Part shown: positions 9,278-21,159 of the stretch, in pieces
Layout: every line of letters begins with the position of its first letter
Numbering within the stretch: position 1 is the first letter of the stretch
NCBI GenBank assembly: GCA_964016885.1
Contig: OZ024756.1
Location: 2,976,001-3,040,000, forward strand
Direction of reading: 5' to 3'
DNA: 64,000 nt
Source of the DNA: Eledone cirrhosa
Taxonomy: Eukaryota
Notes under the pieces: generated by a model
The model's input: the letters and a program-made list of their open reading frames with translations, nothing else
Told to the model about the DNA's origin: nothing
Databases searched by the model: none
Program-made: the position numbers and the translations under genes

Positions 9278-12200
9278 ATGGCTATGCTAAGAGTAGGCTG
9301 TTTAAATGCGCGTGGCCTGGGCTCAACTTGGAAGCAAGCAATGCTTCTAAATGACCTCAGGTCACAACGTATAGATGTGATGGTTATTTGCGAGGCCCGG
9401 ATCAGCAACGTGCGACAGCTGGCCCCCACCTTTGATGACTTTGAGATGCACGCATCTCTCTGTCAGCCCGGAGGTGGGGGTGGAGTTGTCGTTCTGCTGC
9501 AAAAACATCTGGGTCTCGCAACACAGATGGTACATTTGGACCCGGAGGGTCGACTAGTGGTTCTGGACCTTGGCAGTGGTAAAGGCGGAGCGTTTAGGTT
9601 GGTAGCCGCCTACGGCCCTTTCGGGTCAATGCGGCCGGACTTCTTCCATCGTCTGGAGACTTTTCTAGGGACGTCCCGCTCCTTGCTATTAGTGGGGGAC
9701 TGGAATGGTATCCTAGATGCACGCTGGGACTACGTAGGGGCCTGCCCCGATAGAGAGGGGTGTAATAGCCTCAAAGGGTTAATCGGTCGATTTGACCTGG
9801 CCGATAGATATCGACTAGATTTTCCGACTGCGCCAACCTGGACTTGGGCAAATTGTAGCGGATCATCTAGGTCGTACCTAGATAGGTTCTTAGTTAGAAT
9901 TAAGGATAAGGACTTTTTAAGTTGTCCAAAAATGCGCATGGTTGGCTATTCAGACCACAAATTAGTGACCTGCATGGTCAACCTTGACAGAACTCATAGA
10001 CAGGGCCCCGGTTACTGGAAGCTCAACTTGTCCTTGCCGGCAAGTAGAGCCTACAGGAATCGGATTAGTACGTTAGTTAAGGAACGGTTGACTGGAGCGA
10101 TCGTCAACAGCAGGTGGTGGGTATCTCTAAAGAGAGAGATTAGAGTAGTCTCGATAGAATTTAGTAAGGTTCTAGCTGCGGATAGGAATAGGAAGGAAAG
10201 GGAGCTGATAGATAGAGTAGAAGAGGCAATTAGAAGCGGCGACGTGGCCAGAGTGCTAGCGTCGAGAACGGCTCTGAGCCAGTTTTTCGACGCGAAGCAC
10301 GAAGGCTGCGTTGTCCGAAGTAAAATACGTGCTCTAGGGAACGAGGGGACCAAAGCTGTTAGCTGGGCCCGCGTGACAGAGGCCAACAGTGGAACTAAAT
10401 CCACCATCCGGTCTTTGCGAGACCTGGATGGACGGGCGATTCTTGAGCCGAAGCAGATGTGTGAGGCCTTTCAAAGGCACTTTGCCCGACTGTTCGGGAG
10501 GGGCGGGGAGCCGGTTGGGAACGTGGACTTCGGTCCATACCTCGACGGCCTGCCGCGCCTTTCGGACAGGGAGGCAAAGTCCTGCGAGGAGCCGATTTTG
10601 GCCGCTGAGATAGAGGACGTGCTGAGCCAATGCGGCAAACGCAAATCCCCGGGTCTCGATGGTCTTCCTTACGAATTATATCTAGCTATGCCGGACTTGT
10701 TCCCCGATCTCCTCGAGGCGGTCTACTGCAACTGGCAACAGAACGGGAGAATTCCCTGTACTGTGACCAAGGGCGTAGTCACGCTAGTGAGGAAGGACGA
10801 GAACAAGGGGGACGAAATAAGTAACTTCAGGCCCATAACACTGCTAAATACAGAGTTACAGATTTTGGCCAAGGTGCTAGCATAGAGGTTGGCGCTTGTC
10901 GTGGGCAACCTGGTGGGAGATGCGCAGACATGCGCTATCCCGTCCAGGTCCATCCATGACAACCTCCACCTCATGCGATACATCATAGAGAGGGTTGGGA
11001 ACGAACCCGGCTTTGGTGGGGCTCTGATCAACTTGGATCAATCTAAGGCGTTCGATAGGGTCGACCATGGTTACCTGGATGCGGTGCTAGCGGCGGCAGG
11101 CTTCGGACCCGTTTTCAGGGGCTGGATCACTGCTATGCACAGCAGCCGCATCTGCTCTATGGTCAAGGTGAACGGCTACCTCTCGGAGCCGTTCAAAATC
11201 GCGCGGTCCATCCGACAAGGGTGCCCTCTCTCCTCCCTTCTGTATGTGTTGACTCTCGAGCCACTACTGCGGAAGTTGGAGTTGTTGCAGGGCATCCCTT
11301 TGGAACCGGGATTGCGGAAAGCGGTGTCGGCCTACGCCGATGACGTGACAGTAATGGTGTCGACGGCCTCCGAAATCGAGGCGGTCGGCACCTTACTGGA
11401 GGAGTACGAAAAGTTCACAGGGGCTAAGCTGAACCGGGACAAGTCGATCGGTTTGCAACTCGGCACGTGGAGGGGCAGACCGATGCCCTCCGATAGCGTC
11501 GTCGGACGCTGGACGGAGGGCCCGGTGAAGTTGCTCGGGGTCTGGTTCGGACCGGACCTCCAGGTGGAGAAAAACTGGGCGGAGGTTACGAACAGGGTGT
11601 TTGCACTGACCCAGAAGTGGGCCAGTTGCAAACTATCCCTGAAAGGTCGGGCGGAGGTGGCGAACACCTACATAGCGTCCGTCATCTACTACCGCCTGAC
11701 CGTAGTGCCCTGCCCAAGGGAAACCCTCACCAAGATGGAGCGCGCGCTCTTCCAATTCCTTTGGAAGAGGCGGGCTCCTATGGTGAGGAGATCCATCTGC
11801 TGTCAACACCCTTCGAAAGGAGGGCTGGGGATGCCGTGGCTAATGATGCGTAAACACGCATTAAGGCTACGGCACCTCTACGTATTCCTCACCGGACAAC
11901 CGGTGTGGGCCTCGTTTGTGAGACGAACCTTTCCCAGACTCGTCTCACTCACCGAGCTGCAATCCTGGGTCAAGCAAAGACCGAGAAAACTGGGCGCCTG
12001 GCACACTGAGTGTGCCCAGGCGCTCACCGCCCTCTGGCAGGCGGATCCGGTTATCAGTGGAGACTCCACCGCAACATTCTATAGAGGGCTGGTACGCAGC
12101 AGGTGCGACGACGCCCTCGGAGAAGCCCTAGACATGGAGGAGGACGAACTGGCCAGCCTGTTCGGTAGGACATTCAGCCCGGGACCTATGGACAACTTCC

Positions 12201-12715
12201 AGAAGTCCCTGGCCTGGCAGTGCTACCGAGGGGCTTTACCCGTTCGAGAAAGGCTCTACAGACACGGGCGCCCGGGTAGGGACCCCGCCAAAAAGATCTG
12301 TCCCAGATGCGTGTGCGACGAGGAAACCGTTGCACACGCATTAGTACACTGCTCGGGCGTAGCCGATCTGTGGGGCTATGTCGAACAACTGCTGTCAAGG
12401 GTGGGACCGATCCGGTTGACCACCGAGTCTATTGTAATGATCAAGCCGCCTCCCCCCTTCAAAGATGAAGCAGAGGCGGTGTTTCTGTGCGTAATAGCCA
12501 TGGCGAAAGAGGTTGTATGGTGGACGCGTCTGAAAGGACTGAGGTCGGGCACCTTTCTCTCTGGCCAACAACTGGTCCGTTTCTTCCGATATCATTTTGG
12601 AAGAAGGATCAGGATGGAGAGAGAGGTGCTGCACCCCAGCCGTTTCTATGAAAGATGGGTGAAAGTGGCGAGAATGGCCCGTGTGAATGGGCCTTCACTC
12701 TACATCAGACTATAG
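9278..12715 (+). pseudogene. ORF2: APE endonuclease, reverse transcriptase and C-terminal Zn finger, interrupted by one in-frame TAG (10883-10885)
   Basis: APE motifs CLNARG, VGDWN, YLDRFLV, SDHKLV; RT motifs KSPGLDG, FRPITLLN, NLDQSKAFDRVDH, RQGCPLS, YADD; Tx1/L1-type LSLKGRA, GGLG and CPRC...[10 protein letters not shown]. The 543-aa and 608-aa ORFs are in the same frame. Confidence 0.93.
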
Positions 12716-12998
12716 GTGAGGAAGATGAAAGACCAAGGGAGCACCCCTTCTCTGTGCTCCTGAGGAGAAGGGTTGCACACTTTTTTCGGGGGTGTGTGCG
12801 ACCCCCCAAGGCGCCTCCTCTCTATTGAGGATTTTGTTAAAAATTTTATTTTTTGTTATATCTTATTTTATTTTTATATTTTGTTATTGCCTCCTCCTTA
12901 TTGAGGACGCCTTTTTGTGTAAACTCCCCCCTTTGTACTTGTCCCACTTTTGATGCCCTAGTGGCAAATAAAAGAAATATACCTATCTAACTATCTAT

Positions 12999-14567
12999 GC
13001 TCTTCCAGTTCTTTTGGAAGAAGCAAGTTCCACTGGTAAGGAGATCCGTCTGGGGTCAGCACCCTTTCAACGGAGGGCCGGGAATGTCGTGGCTGATGAT
13101 GCGCAAACACGCAGCTCGACAGATGGAGAGGCAAACCCATACAGTCCGACAGCTTCGTTGAACGCTGGACAGAAGGACCGGTGAAATTGCTCGGATTCTG
13201 GTTTAGTCCAGATTTCCAGGTGGACAAAAACTGGAATGAAGTCACGGCAAAAGTGTTTGCACTCACGCATAAGCGGGTTAAGTGCAAACTCTCCTTAAAA
13301 GGTCGAGCGGAAGTGGGGAACACTTGCATAGCGTCCATCATCTACTTACTACCACTTGACAGTTGTGCCCCGCAAACACCTCACCAAAATGGAACGTCTA
13401 CTCTTCAAGTTCCTTTGGAAGAAACAGGCTCCATTAGTAAGGAGATCCATTTGCTGCCAACACCCTTCTAACGGAGGGCTGGGCATCCGTGGCTGATGTT
13501 GCGAAAACACGCACTGAGGCTACGCCATCTCCAGGTGTTCCTGACCGGTGAACCGGTGTTGTTATCTTTTGAGAGACGAGCTTTTTCCACAACTTGTCTC
13601 GCGGACCGAACTGCAGTCCTGGGTCAAGCGAAGACCAAAAATAGGCACCTGTCACCTCGAGTGCCTTCACGCGCTCACAGCCCTCTACCAAGCGAAAACG
13701 GCAATCAGCGGAGACTCCACGTCAACATTATATAGGGGATTAGTGGAGGATAAGTGCGACGACGTTCTCGGGGAGACTCTAGGCACCGAGGAAGACGTAC
13801 TGACCAGTCTGTTCGGAAGGACTTTCCTTCCAGGGCCTATGGATAGCTTTCAGTGTCTCTGGCCCGGTAGTGATATCGAGGAACTCTACCAATTCGAGAC
13901 AAAATCTACAGGCACGGACGCCCTGGCAGAGATCCTGCCAAAAAGACTTGTCCAAGATGCGAGCAGAACATTGAAACAGTTCTGCACGCAATTGTTCAGT
14001 GCCCAGGGGTGACCGACCTGTGGAATTATGTCTAACAGCTACTGTCACATGTCGGACACACCCAGTTGTCAGCCGAGTCCATCGTGAGGATCACCCTGCC
14101 GCCTTCATTTAAGAATGACGGAGAGGACGTTTTCCTCTATCTGGTGGTTATGGTGAAAGAGATAATGTGGTGGACGAGGTTGAAAGGACTGAGGGCAAAC
14201 ACCTTCCTTTCCGGACAACAACACATCCTCTTCTTTAAATACCGCTTCAGAAGGAAGGTGGGTGAATGTTGCAAAGATGGCCCGAGTGAATGGGCCTTCT
14301 CTGTATATAAACCTGGAGGTTGAGGAAGACAAACAGAGGGAAGACGGGAACACCTACAAAACGTGTTCCTGGTGTTGAGGGTTGTTCTATCCAGGGGGTT
14401 TAAAACAACCCGACATTAACGTTCCCCCCTATTGGGGATTTCGATTGTTATTTTATTTTAATATATAGTTTATTGTTAATATTAAAGTTGATACGATTTC
14501 ATGTAAACGCCCGCCGTTACATCTTGTAATGTCACATTTCTTGTACACCCTTGTGGCAAATAAAGAA
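12999..14567 (+). mobile_element. Older, diverged 5'-truncated Tx1-like copy 5 with a duplicated 5' block
   Basis: Degenerate ORF2 3' half (KLLGFWFSPDFQVDKNW, LSLKGRAEV); 12999-13114 repeats the segment at ~13398-13514; ends GTGGCAAATAAAGAA followed by TATCTA repeats. Confidence 0.9.
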
Positions 14568-14605
14568 CGATATCTATACATCTATCTACCTATCTACCTA
14601 TCATC

Positions 14606-16088
14606 TCCATCGGTTTGCAACTCGGATCGTGGAGAGGCCAACCGATATCTTCCGATAGCGTCGTCGGACGCTGGACGGAAGGACCGGTGAACTGCTCGGG
14701 GTCTGGTTTGGTCCGGACCTCCAGGTGGAGAAGAACTGGAACGAGGTGACGGCCAAGGTGTTTGCACTCACCCAGAAGTGGGCCGAGTGCAAACTATCCT
14801 TGAAAGGTCGAGCGGAGGTGGCGAACACTTTTATAGCATCCGTCATCTACTACCGCTTGACCGTCGTGCCTTGTCCAGCAAAAATGCTCACCAAAATAAA
14901 GAGGGCGCGCTCTTCAAATTCCTTTGGAAGAAGCGGGCTTCTTTGGTGAGAGGATCCATCTGCTGCCAACACCCTTCCACCGGAGGGCTGGGGTGCCGTG
15001 GCTGACGATGCGCTAACACGCGCTCAGGCTGCGGCATCTCCACGTATTCCTCACCGGACAACCGGTGTGGGCCCCGTTCGTAAGGCGAGCCTTCCCACGA
15101 CTCGTCTCGCTGACCGAGCTGCAGTCTTGGGTCAAGCAAAGACCGAGGAAAATGGGCGACTGGCACATCGAATGTGTTCAGGCGCTCACAGCCCTCTGGC
15201 AGGCAGACCGGGCGATCAGTGGAGATTCCACTTCGTCATTCTATAGAGGGTTGATCCGCAGCAAGTGCGACGACGCGCTCGGAGAAATTCTAGGCGTAGA
15301 GAATGACGAACTGTCCAGTCTGTTCGGTAGGACCTTCCGCCCGGAACCGATGGACAACTTCCAAAAGTCCCTGGCCTGGCAGTGCTACACAGGAGCTCTA
15401 CCAGTTCGAGACAAGCTCTACAGACATGGGCGCCCGGGCAGGGACCCTTCGAAAAAGATTTGTCCAAGATGCGTGCGAGACGAAGAAACCGTCGCGCACG
15501 CATTCGTACACTGCCCGGGCGTCACCGAACTGTGGGGCTATGTATAACGACTATTGTCGCGGGTGGGACCAATCCGGTTGACCACCGAGTCCATTGACAA
15601 AACGAAGGAGAGGCGGTTTTCCTTTGTGTGATAGCTATGGCGAAAGAGGTTGTATGGTGGACGAGGTTAAAACGGCTGAGGTCAGACACCTTTCTCTCCG
15701 GCCAACAACTGATTCTTTTTTTCAAATACCACTTTGGAAGAAGAATCAGGATGGAGAGAGAGGTGCTGTACCCCAGCAAGTTTTATGAAAGGTGGGTGAA
15801 AGTGGCGAGAATGGCCCGAGTGAATGGGCCGTCTCTCTATATCAGCCTGTAGGTTGAGGAAAAAGAGGAAGAGAGGAAAGGGGTGCTCACTCTTCGTACT
15901 CCTGGAGATGAGGGTTGTACATTTTTTCGGGGGTATGTGTTACCCATATGAAATGTCTCCCCCTATTGGCGAAAATCGATTAATTTTTAAATTACATTTG
16001 TAATAGTATTTTACACGTTTTTATTGTATGTAAACTTCCCCCTTTGTATTTCTCCCCTTCTTTTGTGCCCCTGTGGCTAATAAAGAAA
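14606..16088 (+). mobile_element. Diverged 5'-truncated Tx1-like copy 6
   Basis: Frameshifted ORF2 3' half ending ...NGPSLYISL*; 3' end GTGGCTAATAAAGAAA followed by CATATCTAA(TC)n. Confidence 0.9.
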
Positions 16089-16097
16089 CATATCTAA

Positions 16098-16289
<192 letters not shown>

Positions 16290-16643
16290 GGTAAAATTCC
16301 CGACATCTATGGACGAGTTCTCTCCAGCGGTCTCTGTCCCTCATTATCGCTGCCATGTCCTGCGTCTCCAACAGACCAGTGTCTGTCCTTTAGGGCATCA
16401 ACATACGTTAACCTTGGTCTTCCTCTTCCAGTGTGTCCATGTAGGGGCTCCCACAGGAGCACTGAGTGCAATGTCAACTCTGGATGTCGGTGAGCATGTC
16501 CAGCTAACCCCAGTCTCCTCTGTGTCACTTTTGAGTTGACTTTTGGGAGGCTCCCATACAGCTCTGAGTTCTTCATCCTCAGTGTATACTGATTAATGTT
16601 CAGAGCCATCCTCAGAAATCTCGTGGAGCACCCATCCACCATC
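16290..16643 (-). mobile_element. RTE-type LINE 3' fragment (family A)
   Basis: RMALNI...RRLGLAGHAHRHPE...LLWEPLHGHTGRGRPRLTYVD...AAIMRDRDRWRELV; same family as 49548, 51221 and 58645. Confidence 0.85.
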
Positions 16644-16759
16644 TATCTATCTTCTGACTGCTATTGAGATTTGTGGTTTGTTGTTCTTGTCAAATAGTAG
16701 ATACATAAGTAAATATACATAAATAGATAGCAATAGATTGACAGCCCGACAGAAACACT

Positions 16760-17150
16760 CATCATTAGCATCACCACCATCATCATCATCATCATAAACA
16801 TCATTATCATCAACATTATCATTATAGCCATCATCATCACCATCATCATCATCATCATCAACATTATCATCATCAGTCATCATCATTACCATCATCATCA
16901 TATCGTCATCAACATCATCATCAACATCATCATAATAAACATCATCATCATCACAACAACAATATCATCATCACTATCACCACCATCATCATCAACAGCA
17001 CCATCCCCATCGTCATCATCAACGTCTACCTCCTCCGCCTCCACATCAACATCATCATCATCGTCATCTTCATTACCGTTATCAACATCTCCTCTAAAAC
17101 TAACCAGCACCCCAGCACCCAACACCACCACCACCAACAACAATAACAAC
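16760..17150 (+). repeat. Degenerate (CAT)n / (CAC,CAA)n trinucleotide tract
   Basis: Direct reading. Confidence 0.9.
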
Positions 17151-17264
17151 AAAAAAAACACACATCTTCTTCCGGATCATTAATACTCCCCACCCCGGGT
17201 GGAACAGCGTAAAATATATTAAACTTATTGTGTATCAAGTCGTATTTGATCAAGGTAGATGTAC

Positions 17265-18457
17265 CCAGGGTAGCGTAGATTCTGTTTAAGATAGGGGCAG
17301 CCACCCGTGTAAACATAGGGTAGATACAGTGTAATATAGAGGCAGCCACCCGGCTAAACATAGGGTAGATACAGTGTAATATAGAGGTAGTCACTCGAGT
17401 AACATAGGGTAGATACAGTGTAATATAAAGGTAGCCACCCGGGTAAACATAGGGTAGATACAGTGTCATATAGAGGTAGCACCCGGGGTAAATCTAGGGT
17501 AGATACAGTGTAATATAGAGGTAGCACCCGGGGTAAATCTAGGGTAGATACATTGTAATATAGAGGTAGTCACCCGGGTAAACGTAGGGTAAATACAGTG
17601 TAATATAGAGGAAGCAACCCGGGTAAACATAGGGTAGATACAGTGTAATATAGAGGGAGCACCCGGGGTAAATTTAGGTTAGATACAGTGTAATATAGAG
17701 GTAGTCACCCGAGTAACATAGGGTAGATACAGTGTAGTATAGAGGTAACACCTGGGTAAAGGTAGGGTAGATACAGTGTAATATAGAGGTAGCACCCGAG
17801 TAAAGGTAGGGTAGATACAGTGTAATATAGAGGTAGCACCCGGGTAAATCTAGGGTAGATACAGTGTAATATAGAGGTAGCACCCGAGTAAACATAGGGT
17901 AGATACAGTGTGATATAGAGGTATCACCCGGGTAAACATAGGGTAGATACAGTGTAATATAGAGGCAGCCACCCGTGTAAACATAGGGTAAATACAGTGT
18001 AATATAGAGGTAGCACCCGGGTAAACATAGGGTAGATACAGTGTAATATAGAGGTAGCCACCCGAGTAACATAGGGTAGATACAGTGTAAAATAGAGGTA
18101 GCAACCGGGTAAACATAGGGTAGATACAGTGTAATATAGAGGTATCACCCGGGTAACATAGGGTAGATACAGTGTAATATAGAGGTAGCCACCCAAGTAA
18201 CATAGGGTAGATACAGAGTAATATAGAGGTAGCCACCCGAGTAACATAGGGTAGATACAGAGTAATATAGAGGTAGCCACCCGAGTAACATAGGGTAGAT
18301 ACAGTGTAAAATAGAGGTAGCAACCGGGTAAACATAGGGTAGATACAGTGTAATATAGAGGCAGCCACCCGGGTAACATAGGGTAGATACAGTGTAATAT
18401 AGAGGCAGCCACCCGGGTAACATAGGGTAAATACAGTGTAATATAGAGGTAGCCACC
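17265..18457 (+). repeat. 44-45 bp minisatellite, ~27 copies
   Basis: Unit ACATAGGGTAGATACAGTGTAATATAGAGGTAGC(C)ACCCGGGTA(A). Confidence 0.95.
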
Positions 18458-18501
18458 TGAATTTGTTTAGCAAGATTCTTTATGTGAAAACGTGTGTTGA
18501 A

Positions 18502-18756
18502 ACCGATATTGTTATGCTTTGGGCGAGTCATGTTGCCAATAAGAAACACACGCGCCATAGCTTTCACTCCAATTTATTATAAATTAAATTTTAAATAAAT
18601 TGATACATTTCCGAAAGAACTTTGACAATATATGAGCAACCGTCCGGTTATGGAACCAACCAACCGGAAATTTATAAATTTAATTTATAATAAATTGGAG
18701 TGAAAGCAATTGGTGCGTGTGTTTCTTATTGGCAACATAACCCTCCCAAAGCATAG

Positions 18757-18762
<6 letters not shown>
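18502..18762. repeat. Inverted repeat with ~90-bp arms (PLE-like inverted fragment)
   Basis: ~18505-18595 is the reverse complement of ~18670-18762; abuts (TA)n. Confidence 0.8.
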
Positions 18763-18818
<56 letters not shown>

Positions 18819-18890
18819 ATAAATTATCGAAATTCTGCCAGAATTAGCCGTCGAAACGGCTCGAGCTCAGCCGTCGGGGTCTTACTCGTT

Positions 18891-18932
<42 letters not shown>

Positions 18933-18999
18933 TTTTGAGTTTATGTTGGTTGTATACACCTAAACAACATATGTACTTGTCTATACCATACTAATTCAA

Positions 19000-19054
19000 A
19001 CTGCCTGAAGAGGTCACAGCCAAAGATGGCTGTCACTGAAATATATATAGCAGT
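19000..19054 (+). ncRNA. Type I hammerhead ribozyme in a ~175-bp (TA)n-flanked element (18931-19105)
   Basis: ACTGC CTGAAGA GGTCACAGCC-aaagat-GGCTGTCACT GAAA TATATA TA GCAGT. Confidence 0.85.
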
Positions 19055-19098
19055 AATAAACGAAGCTAAATTTTAATCATTTGACTTTTATTTAACTT

Positions 19099-19174
<76 letters not shown>

Positions 19175-19206
19175 GTATATGTATATATATATATATGTAT
19201 ATACAC

Positions 19207-19708
19207 GGTTGAGAACTTATTCGATTTGTGCTATTTATGCTATTTTTTGCATGATTTACACATACTGAGTAACTTTGCCAAAATCTGGGGTTATTCCCTT
19301 TGTGATTTCCACACGTGGTTTAACCACCGTGTCATCCACTTATTTGGTACAGAGCGAAATACTGTTTATATCATGATATTCCTTGTTCGATCGTTATACC
19401 CAAAGCTTATATTTTTAAGCAGACTGTATTTTGATTTAGGTGTCACAGAAACTCTACACCGGATTTTAACAGCAATTCCGGGAGTCCAGGTCTGGTTATC
19501 ACTTTTATTTTGTTTTGACCTGTTTGGCTTGATTTGGTTTTTGGCTTGGGTGGTTAATACTTTCTTGACCACCTTTTCAGTTTTGTATGGCTTCTTAGCA
19601 CATTGTTTAGCTCTGGTTTTTAACTATTGAGCACTTTGCCAGTATCATTTCTGATTTTGGGGTTTCGCTTCGCTTTTCCTGCCCGCCGAAATGAGATTCT
19701 CGCTGAAT

Positions 19709-19753
<45 letters not shown>

Positions 19754-20070
19754 AAATATATATATATATATATATATAAACATAAATATCGAGATTCGCA
19801 TTTCGGCCCACGAAATAACGAAAAACAACCACCGAGATGTGCTCAATGATTCAGATGAACCAGAGCTATAACAGACGTTAAAGGCCAAACACACTGAGAC
19901 GATGGTTAAACAGTCATTTGCATAGCCAAATAAAAACGATCAAGTAATTCGGGTATTGAAAATTTACCCGGACCCCTGGAAGGTTGGTAAAATCCAGTAT
20001 TTGGGTTTCTGCGGCTCCTAAATCAAGTACCGTCCGCTTACATAAGTAATGTCAGGCTTCTGGTAAGATG
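19207..20070. repeat. Two diverged, oppositely oriented copies of an unclassified repeat separated by (TA)n
   Basis: ~19390-19705 resembles the reverse complement of ~19788-20065 (e.g. ATTGAGCAC/GTGCTCAAT, CCGGATTTTA/TAAAATCCAG). Confidence 0.55.
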
Positions 20071-20129
20071 ATTGAACAAGGAAGCCACTTTCTCAACAGG
20101 TTTTAGATCAATGTTAATACAAGGACTGA

Positions 20130-20832
20130 CTACATCTACCACCACCAACACCCATACTATCACTCCCACCAGCACCACCAATATTTACATCACCACCACA
20201 ACTATCACCCACACTACCACCACCGCATCTAACACTGCCACCATCACAACTACCACCCATCCCACAACCACATCCAACACTGCCACCACCGCAACGACTC
20301 AACCCCGATCCTCACCACAAACTACATCACCACAGCCATCAATACCACTAACACCACCACCACCACCACCACCATAACCCCCTCTCCCCACTACCACCAG
20401 AACAACCACCACCACCACCACCACTTCCATCACCACTACCAACACCACTACCATCACCACTACCATCACCACTACCAACACCACTACCATCACCACTACC
20501 AACACCACTACCACCACCACCACTACCATCGCCAATACCAACACCACCACCACCACTACCTCCCCACTACCACCACTACCACCCCACTACCACCACTACC
20601 ACGCCACTATCACCACTACCACCCAACTACCACCATCACCACTACCACCCCACTACCATAACCACCCCCACCCCCACTACCATAACTACCACCACCCACA
20701 CCACCACAGCCATCAACACCACTAACACCACCACCAGCACTACACCCCCACCATCACCACCACCAACACGACACCACCCCACCCAACTATCATTACCCCC
20801 CATCCCACCACTACCATTACCACCACCACACC
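20130..20832 (+). repeat. Degenerate (ACC/ACT)n tract
   Basis: Direct reading. Confidence 0.9.
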
Positions 20833-21102
20833 AGTGGCAGGAGGCTTATACACACCACTGTCTTTTGTCAGTTTTACAACAATTGTCAACTAAGTCTCTT
20901 CATACCATCTCCTACTACTCCTCACCTTCAGCTTCTTCCCCCTCCCCCTCTTTCCCCTGTCTCTCCCTTCCTCCTTCCTCCCTCCCTCCCTCTCCCTCTA
21001 TCTCCCCCTCTCGCTCCCTCTCCGTCCTGCTTTATAAAGGTGTCTTTTGTTATAGGTATCGATTGTTCTCTTGAAGGCGTTGGCTAGGCTGAAATAATTG
21101 AA

Positions 21103-21156
<54 letters not shown>

Positions 21157-21159
<3 letters not shown>

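Larger units (their letters stand above)
7236..12977 (+). mobile_element. Full-length (~5.7 kb) Tx1/L1-group non-LTR retrotransposon, copy 4
   Basis: 5' UTR, ORF1 with zinc knuckle, ORF2 APE-RT-CCHC, structured 3' UTR with AATAAA; TATCTA-type repeats on both flanks. Confidence 0.93.

Noticed and set aside
17026-18567. ORFs and CRISPR-like periodicity in the 44-45 bp array (also 55934-56344)
   Set aside because: Contiguous tandem units without unique spacers, no cas genes, eukaryotic context
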